In this document: positions 26,467-37,190 of the stretch, in pieces
Layout of the letters: each line of letters begins with the position of its first letter
Numbering within the stretch: position 1 is the stretch's first letter
Source: Candidatus Roizmanbacteria bacterium
GTDB lineage: Bacteria; Patescibacteriota; Microgenomatia; UBA1406
DNA length: 64,000 nucleotides
Reading direction: 5' to 3'
NCBI GenBank assembly: GCA_024654535.1
Contig: JANLHL010000038.1
Span: forward strand, 169,581-233,580
Notes under the pieces: generated by a model
What the model was told of the DNA's origin: nothing
The model's input: only the letters and a program-made list of their open reading frames with translations
Database searches by the model: none
Translations under genes and position numbers: made by a program

Positions 26467-28698
26467 ATGCTATGCGCCATAAGAGATTTTTGTATCAGTA
26501 TGCTTACGGTCTTAACGCGTGTCATTGTATTTCTTGGAGAAAGCATACTTTTTTTCTTCCGTAGTGTCATAAATTGGTGTCAAAACCTACTTACATCCAC
26601 AAAGCGATTCATTGTTAGTATTTACGCAAATGGAATTCAGTTGATCTCTCAGATGCTTTGGAATGTCGTGAAGAAAAAAAACACAAAAAAACGCCATGTG
26701 TCGGTTGTATTTTTTCTACTTATGTATAGAGTAAGGTATTTTCTTATAGGTTTCATATTTGCATTGCTGCTTATTTTTGTTAAATCGTCTATTGATTTCA
26801 TCAATAATCTTCCTAATTTGTCTCTGCTTGAAACATATCAATCTGGTCTTTCCACTCATATTTACGATAGGAACGGTAAACTCCTCTATGAGATATTTCG
26901 CGAACAAAACAGAACTCCAATCAAATTAGATACATTGCCAGAGTATGTTGCATGGGCAACTATTGCGACAGAGGATAAGAACTTTTATCACCATAATGGA
27001 GTTTCGTTAATCGGTGGCATGCTTCGTGCATTGAGAGAAAACATTGTGACAAAAAATAAACTACAAGGCGGTTCCACCATTACGCAACAGCTAGTAAAGT
27101 CGTCGCTATTAACGCCTGAGAGGACTGTGGAAAGGAAAATTAAGGAAATAGTATTAGCAATGATGGCCGAACGAAAATATGAAAAAAATCAAATTCTTGA
27201 AATGTACTTAAACCAGGTTCCTTATGGTGGTACTGCATGGGGTATTGAGGAAGCCTCAAAAATGTATTTTGGCAAACATGCGAAAGATGTATCTCTTGCA
27301 CAAGCAGCTTTTTTGGCCGGCTTACCACAGGCCCCGTCTTTGTATTCTCCATACATAAATCCCCACGCTGCAACCGTTCGACAGCATGAGGTTTTGTATA
27401 GCATGTATACTGATCGCTATATAACACGCGCTCAGTACGATGCGGCACTCAAAGTAAGATTAGAATTCAAAAAACCACAAGAAAAGATACTGGCTCCTCA
27501 CTTTGTATTTTACGTTAAACAATTTCTAGAAGAAGAGTATGGTCAAAGGAGAATACAGGAAGGTGGTTTAAATGTATATACAACTCTTGACTACCATATA
27601 CAGAAAGAGGCGGAAAATATTTTGAGTAAAGAATTAGACTCGCTTTCGGGTTTAAATGTTGGGAATGGAGCTATTCTTGTAACGCGTCCTTCTACGGGGG
27701 AAATTTTAGCAATGGTGGGGTCTCGTAATTTTTTTGGTACTCGTGACGGAGCATTCAACGTAACCACAGCGATGAGACAGCCTGGAAGTTCAATTAAACC
27801 AATTACTTATACTTTAGCTTTGAAGGATGGTATGACAGCATCAACTTTGATAAATGATAGTCCGATAAGTATAGAGAATCCTGGTTCATCGCCCTATAGG
27901 CCTGTGAACTATGATGGGAGATATCATGGACTAGTACCGCTGCGCTATGCACTTGCGAATTCATATAATGTGCCAGCTGTGTTGACACTCCGTCAAGTTG
28001 GTGTAGATAATTTGGTTCGTTTTGCAAACAAGCTTGGAATAACAAGTTGGGACAACTCGTCGGGGAGATATGGACTATCTTTAACATTAGGGGGTGCTGA
28101 AGTAAATATGATCGAATTTGCAACGGCGTATGGAACTCTACGCAACCTAGGGATACGTAAAGATGTTATGGCAATACAAAAGATAGAAAACAGCATTGGA
28201 GACGTGATATATGCAAACACCGATAGTGGATATCGTGTTATGGGTGAGGAAGAACCTTTTATTGTTTCAGACATACTATCTGATAATATTGCACGAAGTC
28301 TAGCCTTTGGACCAAATTCGCCGCTTAATTTTGGTGATGGACTAGTATCCGTGAAAACTGGAACAACTGATGAAAAGAGGGATAACTGGACAGTAGGTTA
28401 TACTCGACCAACTGCAGCAAATAATCACTCAGATGTACTTGTTATGGTTTGGGTAGGGAATAACGATAACACCCCAATGAACCCTGCACTAACGTCAGGG
28501 ATTACAGGAGCTGCTCCTATTTGGCGCAAACTTATAGAGCAAATTGTTTCAAAATCACTTTTCTCCGAGAAAGTGTATATGCCGGAAGGCATAGTGAAAA
28601 AGAAATGTTATTATGGTCGGGATGAATATTTTGTTCAGGGAACGCAAAGCTCATCCTCCTGTGCAGGATATGCGCCAAGTACTACACCAAAACCTTAA
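26467..28698 (+). CDS. Class A penicillin-binding protein (glycosyltransferase GT51 + transpeptidase)
   Basis: The GT51 motifs are ATEDKNFYHHNG, GGSTITQQL and RKIKE. The transpeptidase motifs are SxxK (GSSIKP), SxN (SYN) and KTGTT. The start is uncertain (26449 or 26467). Confidence 0.85.
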   Translation: MLCAIRDFCISMLTVLTRVIVFLGESILFFFRSVINWCQNLLTSTKRFIVSIYANGIQLISQMLWNVVKKKNTKKRHVSVVFFLLMYRVRYFLIGFIFALLLIFVKSSIDFINNLPNLSLLETYQSGLSTHIYDRNGKLLYEIFREQNRTPIKLDTLPEYVAWATIATEDKNFYHHNGVSLIGGMLRALRENIVTKNKLQGGSTITQQLVKSSLLTPERTVERKIKEIVLAMMAERKYEKNQILEMYLNQVPYGGTAWGIEEASKMYFGKHAKDVSLAQAAFLAGLPQAPSLYSPYINPHAATVRQHEVLYSMYTDRYITRAQYDAALKVRLEFKKPQEKILAPHFVFYVKQFLEEEYGQRRIQEGGLNVYTTLDYHIQKEAENILSKELDSLSGLNVGNGAILVTRPSTGEILAMVGSRNFFGTRDGAFNVTTAMRQPGSSIKPITYTLALKDGMTASTLINDSPISIENPGSSPYRPVNYDGRYHGLVPLRYALANSYNVPAVLTLRQVGVDNLVRFANKLGITSWDNSSGRYGLSLTLGGAEVNMIEFATAYGTLRNLGIRKDVMAIQKIENSIGDVIYANTDSGYRVMGEEEPFIVSDILSDNIARSLAFGPNSPLNFGDGLVSVKTGTTDEKRDNWTVGYTRPTAANNHSDVLVMVWVGNNDNTPMNPALTSGITGAAPIWRKLIEQIVSKSLFSEKVYMPEGIVKKKCYYGRDEYFVQGTQSSSSCAGYAPSTTPKP

Positions 28699-30534
28699 TT
28701 ATTTTTTCTTTGGTTTCATGATCTCTTCGAATGCTTCCTGATCTAAATTTTCTTTTTCGAGCAAAACACGAGCGACTTCATCGAGTTTCTTTTTGTTTTT
28801 TTGAAGAAGAATTTGAGTCTTTTTATATGCATCTAATATAATAGTACGTACCTCGTTGTCTATCTGTGAAAGTGTGTTTTGTGATAGTTGAGTTTCTTCC
28901 CGATACTGTCGCCAGTTTGTAACATCGTTTGCGTCTCCAAAGTTAATTGGACCAAGCGAACTCATTCCGTATTCGGTTACCATAGCGCGTGCAACACTTG
29001 TTGCCTGATTGAAGTCATTCGCTGCGCCAGTCGTAATTTCTTTGAATATGAGCTCCTCAGCAGCTCTACCACCGAGCATGCTCATTATTTGTTCAAGTAG
29101 TTTCGTACGTGTTTCATGAATAATATCTTTTCGTGGAGGTATCAGTGTATATCCCAGAGCCATACCTCTCGCTACTATAGAAATTCGGTGGACAGGATCC
29201 ATGTGCGGTAAAAAGTAAGTAACTATAGCATGGCCAGCTTCGTGGTATGCCGTAATTTTTTTATCATCATCTGTTTGTATACGTTTTTTTTCAGGTCCAA
29301 GTTTAACTTTTGCTGCAGCCTCTTCAATATCATCAGCATTTATTGTTGTATGGGCTTGACGAGCGGCAAGTATAGCAGCTTCGTTGAGCATATTTTCAAG
29401 ATCAGCTCCAGAAAATCCTACCGTACGTTTCGCAGTTTTTTCCCATCGAACCGTTGAATCAAAGGGCTTACCTTTTGAATGCAGTTTAAGAATGGCTTCG
29501 CGTTCTTCTAGATCAGGATAATTTACGACAATACGGCGGTCAAATCTTCCAGGACGGAGCAATGCCGAATCCAAAAGATCACCTCTATTTGTTGCCCCAA
29601 CAACTACAACTCGTGCCGTAGGTTCAAAACCATCCATTTCTACAAGTATCTGATTGAGTGTTTGTTCCCTCTCGTCGTGTCCACCTACCAAGCTCATAGA
29701 TCGTGTACGACCTATTGCATCTATTTCGTCTATAAAAATGATCGAAGGTGCACTCTGTTTGGCATTTTTAAATAAATCACGCACACGGGCAGCGCCAATA
29801 CCGACGAGCATTTCCATAAATTCTGAGCCAGCTATTGAGAAAAACGCGACATTCGCTTCTCCTGCGATAGCTTTTGCTAGTAAGGTTTTTCCACATCCAG
29901 CTGGACCTACCAAGAGTACTCCTTTTGGAGTTCTCGCGCCTATTTTTTTGTATTTTTCTGGGTGTTTTAAGAAATCGACTACTTCTTGTAATTCTTCTTT
30001 TGCTTCTTTAATGCCTGCAACATCATCAAATGTCGTTCTAGATTTTCCTTTTTGGAAGCGCTTTGCTTTTGATTGCCCAAAAGAGAAAATAGAATCTTGA
30101 GCACCTCGTGCTTGGCGAAACAGAAAAACAAAAAAAGCTACCATGAGAATAGTAGGAACAATATTGACTAAGACGTTCGCCCAAAATCCAAATTGCGACA
30201 TGTTTTTATTTTCAATTTCAACAGACAATGGGTCAATTCCTGCATTTTTGAGCATGGTAAAAATATCGGCATTTGCTTCTTTCTGTGTTTTAACAACGCT
30301 CTTATTTTTATAAGTAACCTGAATTTCACTATCGGTTATTTCTAACTTCTTAACCTTACCTTTTTTAACATCGGACAGTATAGTTGAGATAGACTTTTGT
30401 GGGTACTTAGTTTGTTCGTAGTCAGAATAGCTTGATACGGCGGATAGTATAAAAAAAATTGCCAAAATTGTAAAAAAGATAGTTTTTACATTAAACCCCA
30501 GTTTCGATTTGTTTTTTATTTTGCCCTGTGCCAT
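28699..30534 (-). CDS. ftsH: ATP-dependent zinc metalloprotease FtsH
   Basis: It has two N-terminal TMs, Walker A GPAGCGKT, Walker B IIFIDEID, the SRH, and the HEAGHA zinc site. Confidence 0.95.
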   Translation of the reverse strand: MAQGKIKNKSKLGFNVKTIFFTILAIFFILSAVSSYSDYEQTKYPQKSISTILSDVKKGKVKKLEITDSEIQVTYKNKSVVKTQKEANADIFTMLKNAGIDPLSVEIENKNMSQFGFWANVLVNIVPTILMVAFFVFLFRQARGAQDSIFSFGQSKAKRFQKGKSRTTFDDVAGIKEAKEELQEVVDFLKHPEKYKKIGARTPKGVLLVGPAGCGKTLLAKAIAGEANVAFFSIAGSEFMEMLVGIGAARVRDLFKNAKQSAPSIIFIDEIDAIGRTRSMSLVGGHDEREQTLNQILVEMDGFEPTARVVVVGATNRGDLLDSALLRPGRFDRRIVVNYPDLEEREAILKLHSKGKPFDSTVRWEKTAKRTVGFSGADLENMLNEAAILAARQAHTTINADDIEEAAAKVKLGPEKKRIQTDDDKKITAYHEAGHAIVTYFLPHMDPVHRISIVARGMALGYTLIPPRKDIIHETRTKLLEQIMSMLGGRAAEELIFKEITTGAANDFNQATSVARAMVTEYGMSSLGPINFGDANDVTNWRQYREETQLSQNTLSQIDNEVRTIILDAYKKTQILLQKNKKKLDEVARVLLEKENLDQEAFEEIMKPKKK

Positions 30535-30617
30535 ATGCGAGTGAGGTATTATATCATTAATTTCCTCGTGTGGTGTAATAGTGTATGTATTTTATGCTGA
30601 TGGAACGCGTGCCTAAA

Positions 30618-30645
30618 TTGCAAAATCAGCCGATCATGGTATGAT
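30618..30645 (+). promoter_or_regulatory. Sigma70-type promoter with extended -10
   Basis: TTGCAA (30618-23), 16-nt spacer, TGgTATGAT (30637-45); ATG 30655 lies 9 nt downstream. Confidence 0.5.
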
Positions 30646-30654
30646 ACGTATACT

Positions 30655-31482
30655 ATGAGGCAACGGCTTACTATTACTCTCAAAGACTCAATTTTGAACA
30701 AAATAGATGATACGGTAGATGGTATACGGATTCGGAACAGATCTCATGCAATAGAATATCTATTAAATAAAGCATTTTATTCTTCACAAACGCAAGCCGT
30801 TATATTGGCGGGTGGAAAAGGGACGCGCATGCGTCCGTATACGTATGAGTTGCCTAAGGCAATGTTGCCTATTCAGAATAAGCCCATACTGGCACATATG
30901 GTTTTATCATTGCGAGACGCAGGCATTCGAGATATATTGCTTTGTGTTGGGGATCGTTCCGAGGTAATTCATGAGTATTTTGGTGATGGGGAACGATTTG
31001 GTGTTCGTATTACCTATGTACAGGAACAGGAGGAGCTTGGGACAGGTGGCGCGTTGTTGAACGCACGAAAACTTATACACTCCTCGCCATTTTTACTATT
31101 GTATGGAGATGTGTTTGTTGATATTGACTATAAAGACTTATTATCCTTCCATATACAACAAGCAGAAATGATAACTATGGTATTGAAGCCACTTCAGGAA
31201 GTCAAAACGTTTGGTCAAATTACAATGCGTGGAAGCAATGTGACAGGATTTTATCCTCACGCCAAAAAAGAATGCAAATCCAATTTAGTGAATGCGGGGA
31301 TTTATGTAAGTAGTCAAGACATTTTCGATACATTTTCACCGAAACGTACAGCTTTCCAGATAGAGGGCGTTGTATCGGAGTATATAACAAAGAAACAGGT
31401 AGCAGGGTACGTTCATGACGGTTTATGGTTTGATGTTGGTACACCCGAAGACTATGAACTGGCTATAAAAGCGGTGAGGTAA
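30655..31482 (+). CDS. Sugar-phosphate nucleotidyltransferase (GlmU/RmlA/ManC-like NTP_transferase) with an N-terminal ribbon-helix-helix-like domain
   Basis: Residues 1-45 (RLTITLKDSILNKIDDTVDGIRIRNRSHAIEYLLNKAF) look like a CopG/RHH module. They are followed by AVILAGGKGTRMRPYTYELPKAMLPI, GTGGAL and LLYGDVF. Confidence 0.7.
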   Translation: MRQRLTITLKDSILNKIDDTVDGIRIRNRSHAIEYLLNKAFYSSQTQAVILAGGKGTRMRPYTYELPKAMLPIQNKPILAHMVLSLRDAGIRDILLCVGDRSEVIHEYFGDGERFGVRITYVQEQEELGTGGALLNARKLIHSSPFLLLYGDVFVDIDYKDLLSFHIQQAEMITMVLKPLQEVKTFGQITMRGSNVTGFYPHAKKECKSNLVNAGIYVSSQDIFDTFSPKRTAFQIEGVVSEYITKKQVAGYVHDGLWFDVGTPEDYELAIKAVR

Positions 31483-31495
31483 GTTCTCTTTCTGT

Positions 31496-31822
31496 TTAGA
31501 AAAAAATTCTCACCACTATTTGTGCCATCCAATATGAAATTCCAAGTAGTATCAATCCAAGAACTGCGTTTGTTATTTTCGCCTGTGCCTTTTTCATACC
31601 TTCAGGATTTCCCATACTCTGTATTAAATCCCAGCCCGCCCACACAAAATAGACAAAAGCTATAAATAACGCAAGAGGGAACAAAAAATGTAACACTGCG
31701 TTTACTAAATCGGCAATAGTATTGAAGTTCGAACGTCCAGAAATAGATAAGCTCGGCGTGACATTTCCCGTTACATCTGGATCAATTATATTCAGTGTTT
31801 GTGCGAGAAATTTTGTGTGCAT
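31496..31822 (-). CDS. Small two-TM protein resembling TrbC/VirB2-type (T4SS-like) pilins common in CPR genomes
   Basis: The 108-aa protein has two hydrophobic helices flanking a short loop with [13 protein letters not shown] ([29 protein letters not shown]...[13 protein letters not shown]). This is pattern-level similarity only. Confidence 0.4.
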   Translation of the reverse strand: MHTKFLAQTLNIIDPDVTGNVTPSLSISGRSNFNTIADLVNAVLHFLFPLALFIAFVYFVWAGWDLIQSMGNPEGMKKAQAKITNAVLGLILLGISYWMAQIVVRIFF

Positions 31823-31853
31823 GCTTTCCTTATCATACAGCCCTTAAATATGT

Positions 31854-31882
31854 TTGACAAGTGTTTTAAATTAAACCATAAT
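31854..31882 (+). promoter_or_regulatory. Sigma70-type promoter of the Clp-like gene
   Basis: TTGACA (31854-59), 17-nt spacer, CATAAT (31877-82); ATG 31889 lies 6 nt downstream. Confidence 0.6.
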
Positions 31883-31888
31883 GATTCT

Positions 31889-34800
31889 ATGGGTGTGTTT
31901 AATTTTTTGAATAGTAAAAGCCAGAAAAAGCAAAGCGAAACCGATGCTCAAGGTCAAGTACCAGTAGCTACGGGTGAGCCGTACAATGGCATTGGGGCAA
32001 CTCCCGGTGGGTCAGCGCCTTATAACGGCATAGGGACACCCCCATCTCACGTGCAGCCTTCAGAGATACATAACCCCGTGCAACCGCAGACAGACGGGAA
32101 CGATGGTTCACCCGTACATTTACAACAGAAGAATCAGTCACCAGAAAATACTGTTGTTTCACCACAGCAAAAACAAACGGATGAGCCTGTTACTCAAGAC
32201 ATAAACAAACAGGCACAGATGGATATTACAACCAGGCTTACACAGCGTTCAAATAAGGTATTATCGGTGGCGGCAAATAAGGCGAAGTCTCTCGGTTCTC
32301 CCTATGTTGATAGTGAGCATATTTTATTTGGTTTGCTATCAGATCAGGAAATATTTAATTTATTATCTTCTCTAAAAGTAATTCCACAGGAAGTTGTAAA
32401 ACGTCTAGATTCGACGTTTACGAAGGGAAATGCGAAAACTCCTCCGCAAATGGCACCGCGAGCAAAAAAAATTCTCAGTGATGCGTTGGTAGTTGCACGA
32501 AAGCTTGGTTACGAATTTATATCTCCGGAACATATATTGTACTCGCTCTATAAAGAGGGTGAAGGCGCAGGCAGCCAGATACTTGCAAAAATGGGTTTTG
32601 ATGAAAGTGCTTTGAGTAAAAAAGTGCTTGGAAAAAAAGCTGATTTAGAGGCAAATGGCGAAAAGGAAGAACCCAAAAAAAAAGCGCTTGAGAAGTATGC
32701 TGTCGACCTTACTCAAAAAGCCGCAAATGGTGAGCTTGATCCAGTAGTTGAGAGAGCTCCTGTCATAGAGCGTGTCATACATATCTTGTCTCGACGAACT
32801 AAAAATAATCCAGTCCTTATTGGTGAAGCAGGAGTTGGAAAGACTGCTGTTGTGGAAGGGCTCGCGCAAAAAATAGTACAGAAGCAAGTACCGGAAACAA
32901 TGCTTAATAAGCGAGTTTTGCAACTGGATCTTATGGGTATGCTTGCTGGAGCATCACATAGAGGAGATTTTGAAGAACGGCTTAAATCTTTACTTGACGA
33001 AGTAAAAGCGAGTAATAATGGCGTTATTTTGTTCATAGATGAACTTCATAATATCGTTGGCGCAGGTGCCGGAGGTGAAGGAAGTGGAGATGCAGCCAAT
33101 ATAATAAAACCAGCCTTAGCACGAGGTGAAATTCAAACAATTGGTGCCACAACAACTGCAGAATATCGCAAATATATAGAAAAAGACCCAGCCTTGGAGC
33201 GTCGATTTCAGCCGATTACTGTTCCCGAACCAACAGATGTACAGGCTATCAAGATGCTTCGAGCAGTACGTGATAAGTATGAAGCATTTCACAAGGTAAA
33301 AATTCCAGATGATGCTATAGATGCTGCGGTACGACTTTCTCAACGCTATGTAGGCGGTAGGTTCTTACCGGATAAGGCAATAGATCTTATAGACGAATCA
33401 GCCTCTGCAGTACGTTTGCCTATTATTTCCCTTCCTGAGGAAATAAGCTCACTTGAAGAGCAGTTAAAAGCTCTCGAACAGGAGCGACAAGAAGCCATAA
33501 AAGCAAAAAATCAAATAAAAGCAAATGTCTATGAAAAAAGAATAATTGATATGCAAGATACGCTTAAAGAAAAACAAGAAGAGTTTACACAAAAGAAGGC
33601 AATGTCAGTGGGTATTGTGTCTACTCAAATGATTAAAGATGTCATTGCTCGTTGGACAGGTATACCCGTTAATAAAATTACCGAATCGGAAAAAGGGAAA
33701 ATTGCGAAGCTCGAGGATATTATGCACAAACGGTTAATTGGACAAGAAAATGCCGTTAATGTAGTAGCTCAGGCAGTACGTAGAGGACGAGCTGGTTTGA
33801 AAGCGGTTTCTCGACCCATCGGAGGGTTTATATTCTTAGGCCCAACGGGTGTCGGAAAAACTGAACTGGCAAAGACTTTAGCTGAGGTCTTGTTTGGCAC
33901 TGAGGAATCTATGATTCGTTTTGATATGACAGAATATATGGAAAAACACGAGGTGGCAAAACTTTTGGGTGCGCCACCTGGGTATGTTGGATATGAAGAG
34001 GGGGGGAAGCTTACAGAAGCGGTGAAGAGACAACCATACAGCGTGATACTTTTCGATGAAATAGAGAAAGCACATCCTGACATATTTAATATCTTGCTTC
34101 AAATTTTAGATGATGGACGTCTCACTGATAATAAAGGACATACCGTATCTTTAAAGAACACTGTCGTGATATGTACCTCTAATTTAGGAACACGGACAAT
34201 TCAAGACGAAATGCTTAAAAAAGGACCTGAAAGAATTGAAGAAATGCCAACGATTTCAACGTATGCAATTTCGCCAAAGGGAAGGGAAATAATGTCAATT
34301 GGTAGTAAGCTTTTTATAAAGGATGAAAATGGCAAATGGCAAGAACAAACGCTGCTCGAATATTTTTCTGGACAAAAAATAACTGAAAATACAGATAAAG
34401 GTCCCATCCAAGTTAATCCACCAATGCTTCGCATAGATACGCATGCAATATCTCCCACAGGGCTTGAAGTGATTACGGTTGGTGAGGATGTGTATATGCG
34501 CAAAGCAACAACGTCAAAAGAATGGGAAAAAATGAGTTTGATCGATTATACAAAAGGTCAGGTTGTGGTAAACGCACTCCCAGATACACCAGATGAGCAG
34601 CTGCCAACGGCACAATTCTCGACACACACATTCTCACCGCAAGAAGAGGAAATAATTACGTATAAAGACAGAATATGGGTTCGAAAACCAAACGGTAAAG
34701 ATTGGGAAACAAAGACTCTTTCCCAGTATATTGGTGAAGAAACAAAACAAGAAAAAGCAGTTCCCAATATGTATTGGGATACATACATATTCGACCAAAA

Positions 34801-35632
34801 AGGTGACGCTCTTATAATAGCTGGAGAAGAGGCCTATAAAAAAACGGCACAGGGGTGGGGTTTTATGAAATTGTCTGAAGTGTTTGGCAATTCGTTTCCA
34901 TTAGAGGAAGAAATGAAGAAAATGCAGAAAGTAGAAGAGGAGGTGAGTACAAAACAGTTCGCCAAGATTAAACCAAAGGTTATGAGTGAACTTCTCAAAT
35001 TCATGCGCCCAGAACTTGTGAATCGTTTTGATGAAGTCATCATTTTCGAACCTCTTAAGTTTGTACACATGCTGGAGATAGTAAAATTGCAGCTGAAGAG
35101 TCTATCTAAACTACTCGAGGAGCAGAGCTTAGGATTGCATGTAACTTCAATTGCGCAAAAAGAATTAGTGAAACAAGGATTTGATCCAATATATGGCGCC
35201 CGTCCACTGAGGCGAACAATTCAGAAAAAAGTTGAAAACGCTATTTCTGAGATGATAATAGCAGAGAAAGTACATGAAGGCGATGTTATCGTGGTAGATT
35301 TCGATGGAAAAAGTTTTACCTTTACAGTCGACGCATCAGGCATGTATCTTGAGAAAGAGGAAAAAAGATCATACACATGTACATGGTGTAAGAAAGCGTT
35401 TGAAACGATAGTCCTCCCCAATAGCACAGTTGTCTGTGCGTACTGTGGTAAGGGGCAGGATCAAAAAAGTGAGAAGTCACTCGACATGAACCAACCGAAT
35501 GAAAATAATGGACACGAAGAAGTAAGTAAGGCAACGATTCAAGATCAAGCATCGGAAAGTGAGCAAGGTCAACATTTGCCAAATATGAATGGAAAGACGA
35601 ATGCATCAAATCCCCACCTAGCAACACTATAA
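31889..35632 (+). CDS. ClpC/ClpB-family double-AAA+ unfoldase with N-terminal Q/P-rich extension, ~235-aa repeat insertion in NBD2 and C-terminal zinc ribbon
   Basis: It has a Clp_N repeat pair (from [15 protein letters not shown], 32219) and NBD1 Walker A GEAGVGKT and Walker [10 protein letters not shown] short (~60-aa) coiled-coil M region follows, then NBD2 GPTGVGKT and [10 protein letters not shown], and the sensor-2 region GARPLRR. The start at 31889 is supported by promoter geometry, and the frame is open from 31799. Confidence 0.85.
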   Translation: MGVFNFLNSKSQKKQSETDAQGQVPVATGEPYNGIGATPGGSAPYNGIGTPPSHVQPSEIHNPVQPQTDGNDGSPVHLQQKNQSPENTVVSPQQKQTDEPVTQDINKQAQMDITTRLTQRSNKVLSVAANKAKSLGSPYVDSEHILFGLLSDQEIFNLLSSLKVIPQEVVKRLDSTFTKGNAKTPPQMAPRAKKILSDALVVARKLGYEFISPEHILYSLYKEGEGAGSQILAKMGFDESALSKKVLGKKADLEANGEKEEPKKKALEKYAVDLTQKAANGELDPVVERAPVIERVIHILSRRTKNNPVLIGEAGVGKTAVVEGLAQKIVQKQVPETMLNKRVLQLDLMGMLAGASHRGDFEERLKSLLDEVKASNNGVILFIDELHNIVGAGAGGEGSGDAANIIKPALARGEIQTIGATTTAEYRKYIEKDPALERRFQPITVPEPTDVQAIKMLRAVRDKYEAFHKVKIPDDAIDAAVRLSQRYVGGRFLPDKAIDLIDESASAVRLPIISLPEEISSLEEQLKALEQERQEAIKAKNQIKANVYEKRIIDMQDTLKEKQEEFTQKKAMSVGIVSTQMIKDVIARWTGIPVNKITESEKGKIAKLEDIMHKRLIGQENAVNVVAQAVRRGRAGLKAVSRPIGGFIFLGPTGVGKTELAKTLAEVLFGTEESMIRFDMTEYMEKHEVAKLLGAPPGYVGYEEGGKLTEAVKRQPYSVILFDEIEKAHPDIFNILLQILDDGRLTDNKGHTVSLKNTVVICTSNLGTRTIQDEMLKKGPERIEEMPTISTYAISPKGREIMSIGSKLFIKDENGKWQEQTLLEYFSGQKITENTDKGPIQVNPPMLRIDTHAISPTGLEVITVGEDVYMRKATTSKEWEKMSLIDYTKGQVVVNALPDTPDEQLPTAQFSTHTFSPQEEEIITYKDRIWVRKPNGKDWETKTLSQYIGEETKQEKAVPNMYWDTYIFDQKGDALIIAGEEAYKKTAQGWGFMKLSEVFGNSFPLEEEMKKMQKVEEEVSTKQFAKIKPKVMSELLKFMRPELVNRFDEVIIFEPLKFVHMLEIVKLQLKSLSKLLEEQSLGLHVTSIAQKELVKQGFDPIYGARPLRRTIQKKVENAISEMIIAEKVHEGDVIVVDFDGKSFTFTVDASGMYLEKEEKRSYTCTWCKKAFETIVLPNSTVVCAYCGKGQDQKSEKSLDMNQPNENNGHEEVSKATIQDQASESEQGQHLPNMNGKTNASNPHLATL

Positions 35633-35634
35633 TC

Positions 35635-35874
35635 CTACTTTAGCGGATCGAACCCTCCTTTTGACCACGGATTACAGCGGAGTATACGCAGTGTTCCCTT
35701 GTACATCCCTTTCAATGCTCCATATTTTTGTACGGCGTCAATTGAATATTGGGAACACGTCGGCTGGAATCTGCAGCTTTCAGAAGGAAGGCCAAGTACT
35801 TTTAACAAAGTCCTCATTGGCGTACTAGCCCACACGTAAATGTGTATGAGCCATATGATGACACGCTTTATCAT
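35635..35874 (-). CDS. yidD: Membrane protein insertion efficiency factor YidD
   Basis: [44 protein letters not shown] is the canonical YidD signature. Confidence 0.85.
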   Translation of the reverse strand: MIKRVIIWLIHIYVWASTPMRTLLKVLGLPSESCRFQPTCSQYSIDAVQKYGALKGMYKGTLRILRCNPWSKGGFDPLK

Positions 35875-37190
35875 GTTGTAATCACGTTTTCGAGTACGCG
35901 TATGCCTTTCGCGTACAACTTTGTATCTATATGTTCGTTTGGACCGTGCAGATTGCTATCGGGAGAGCAAAAACCTGTGGTGATGACTGGTTTATTAAAG
36001 ATGCGTAATAATATTTCTGCTGCAGGTATAGAGCCACCTGACTTTGTATATCTTACAGAATTGGGAAAATATTTTTTATATATTTCCGTCAGCTCATTAA
36101 TGTATATATTCTTTATGTCAGTTACAAACGGACCAGCAACAGCTTTACTGGTAAGAGTATAGGATATGTTTTTGAAAAACTGTTTTGCATAGGTATTCAC
36201 AATGTTGTGTATTTCACTAGTTTTTTGATTGGGTACCAATCGAATAGAAAAAACAGCCCGTGCGTTATTGGGAATAATATTTTTTATCTTATCAGTATAG
36301 CCACTTGAGATTCCGTGAATATCTAAAGATGGTAATGTTTTAGATGCCTCGTACCATTGTCGGTTCTTTGGAACTACAGAGTGGGTCAAATGCATCTTAT
36401 TTTGAAGGTGAGTATACTCTGTTGTTTCTTTTTTTAGCAACGCATCATCGATTTTTGTATACTCAGCAACTCGATCGTACATGTGAGGCAGGGTTAGGTA
36501 GTTGTGTTGATTAAACATACTTGCGAAGAACTGTGAGAGTATAAGGGCGGCATTTGGAACGACATTTCCATATAGGCCAGAATGAAGTTCTTGCTTTGCG
36601 GTGCTGATGGTCAATTCGTATTCAACGATACCTCGTAAACCATACAATATTTCTGGTGTATCATTATCAAATACGCTTGAATCGAGTATATAAAACACCT
36701 GTACATCTTTCAGCTGCTTTTTCAGACGTAATACAGAGCGTTCAAAATTGAGACTGCCAAGTTCTTCTTCTCCTTCATAGAGAATAATGATATTAGAATT
36801 AATCGTTTTGTTTTTCTTTGCGTTTGCGAGCGCTGTGAAGAGCTGAGCAATGTGACCTTTGTCGTCTGCTGTGCCTCTACCATATAGCTTTCCATCGTGC
36901 TCTGTGAGAGTAAAAGGATCGCTTTCCCAGCCGTTTGATAGTAGAGCTGGTTGAACATCGTAATGGCTATAAAAACAACGCGTTATCGGCTTTCCACTGT
37001 CAAGTGTGGCCATAAAAAGAGGGTGTGTTGGCGTTTCTATGATAGTTGTTTGCATGCCACACATCTTTGCTATTTTTTCTAAATAGGCAACCGTCTCACG
37101 CATAGTATTCTTTTTTGATGGATCCATAGAGACAGATTGTAGCCCGGTTAATTCTGCAAGGAGTGTGTGTTCGTCAGGTAAATTTTTCAT
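35871..37190 (-). CDS. M20 family dipeptidase/metallohydrolase
   Basis: Motifs seen: [20 protein letters not shown] and EGEEELGS. The start is either 37226 or 37190; both overlap the upstream gene's 3' end. Confidence 0.75.
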   Translation of the reverse strand: MKNLPDEHTLLAELTGLQSVSMDPSKKNTMRETVAYLEKIAKMCGMQTTIIETPTHPLFMATLDSGKPITRCFYSHYDVQPALLSNGWESDPFTLTEHDGKLYGRGTADDKGHIAQLFTALANAKKNKTINSNIIILYEGEEELGSLNFERSVLRLKKQLKDVQVFYILDSSVFDNDTPEILYGLRGIVEYELTISTAKQELHSGLYGNVVPNAALILSQFFASMFNQHNYLTLPHMYDRVAEYTKIDDALLKKETTEYTHLQNKMHLTHSVVPKNRQWYEASKTLPSLDIHGISSGYTDKIKNIIPNNARAVFSIRLVPNQKTSEIHNIVNTYAKQFFKNISYTLTSKAVAGPFVTDIKNIYINELTEIYKKYFPNSVRYTKSGGSIPAAEILLRIFNKPVITTGFCSPDSNLHGPNEHIDTKLYAKGIRVLENVITT

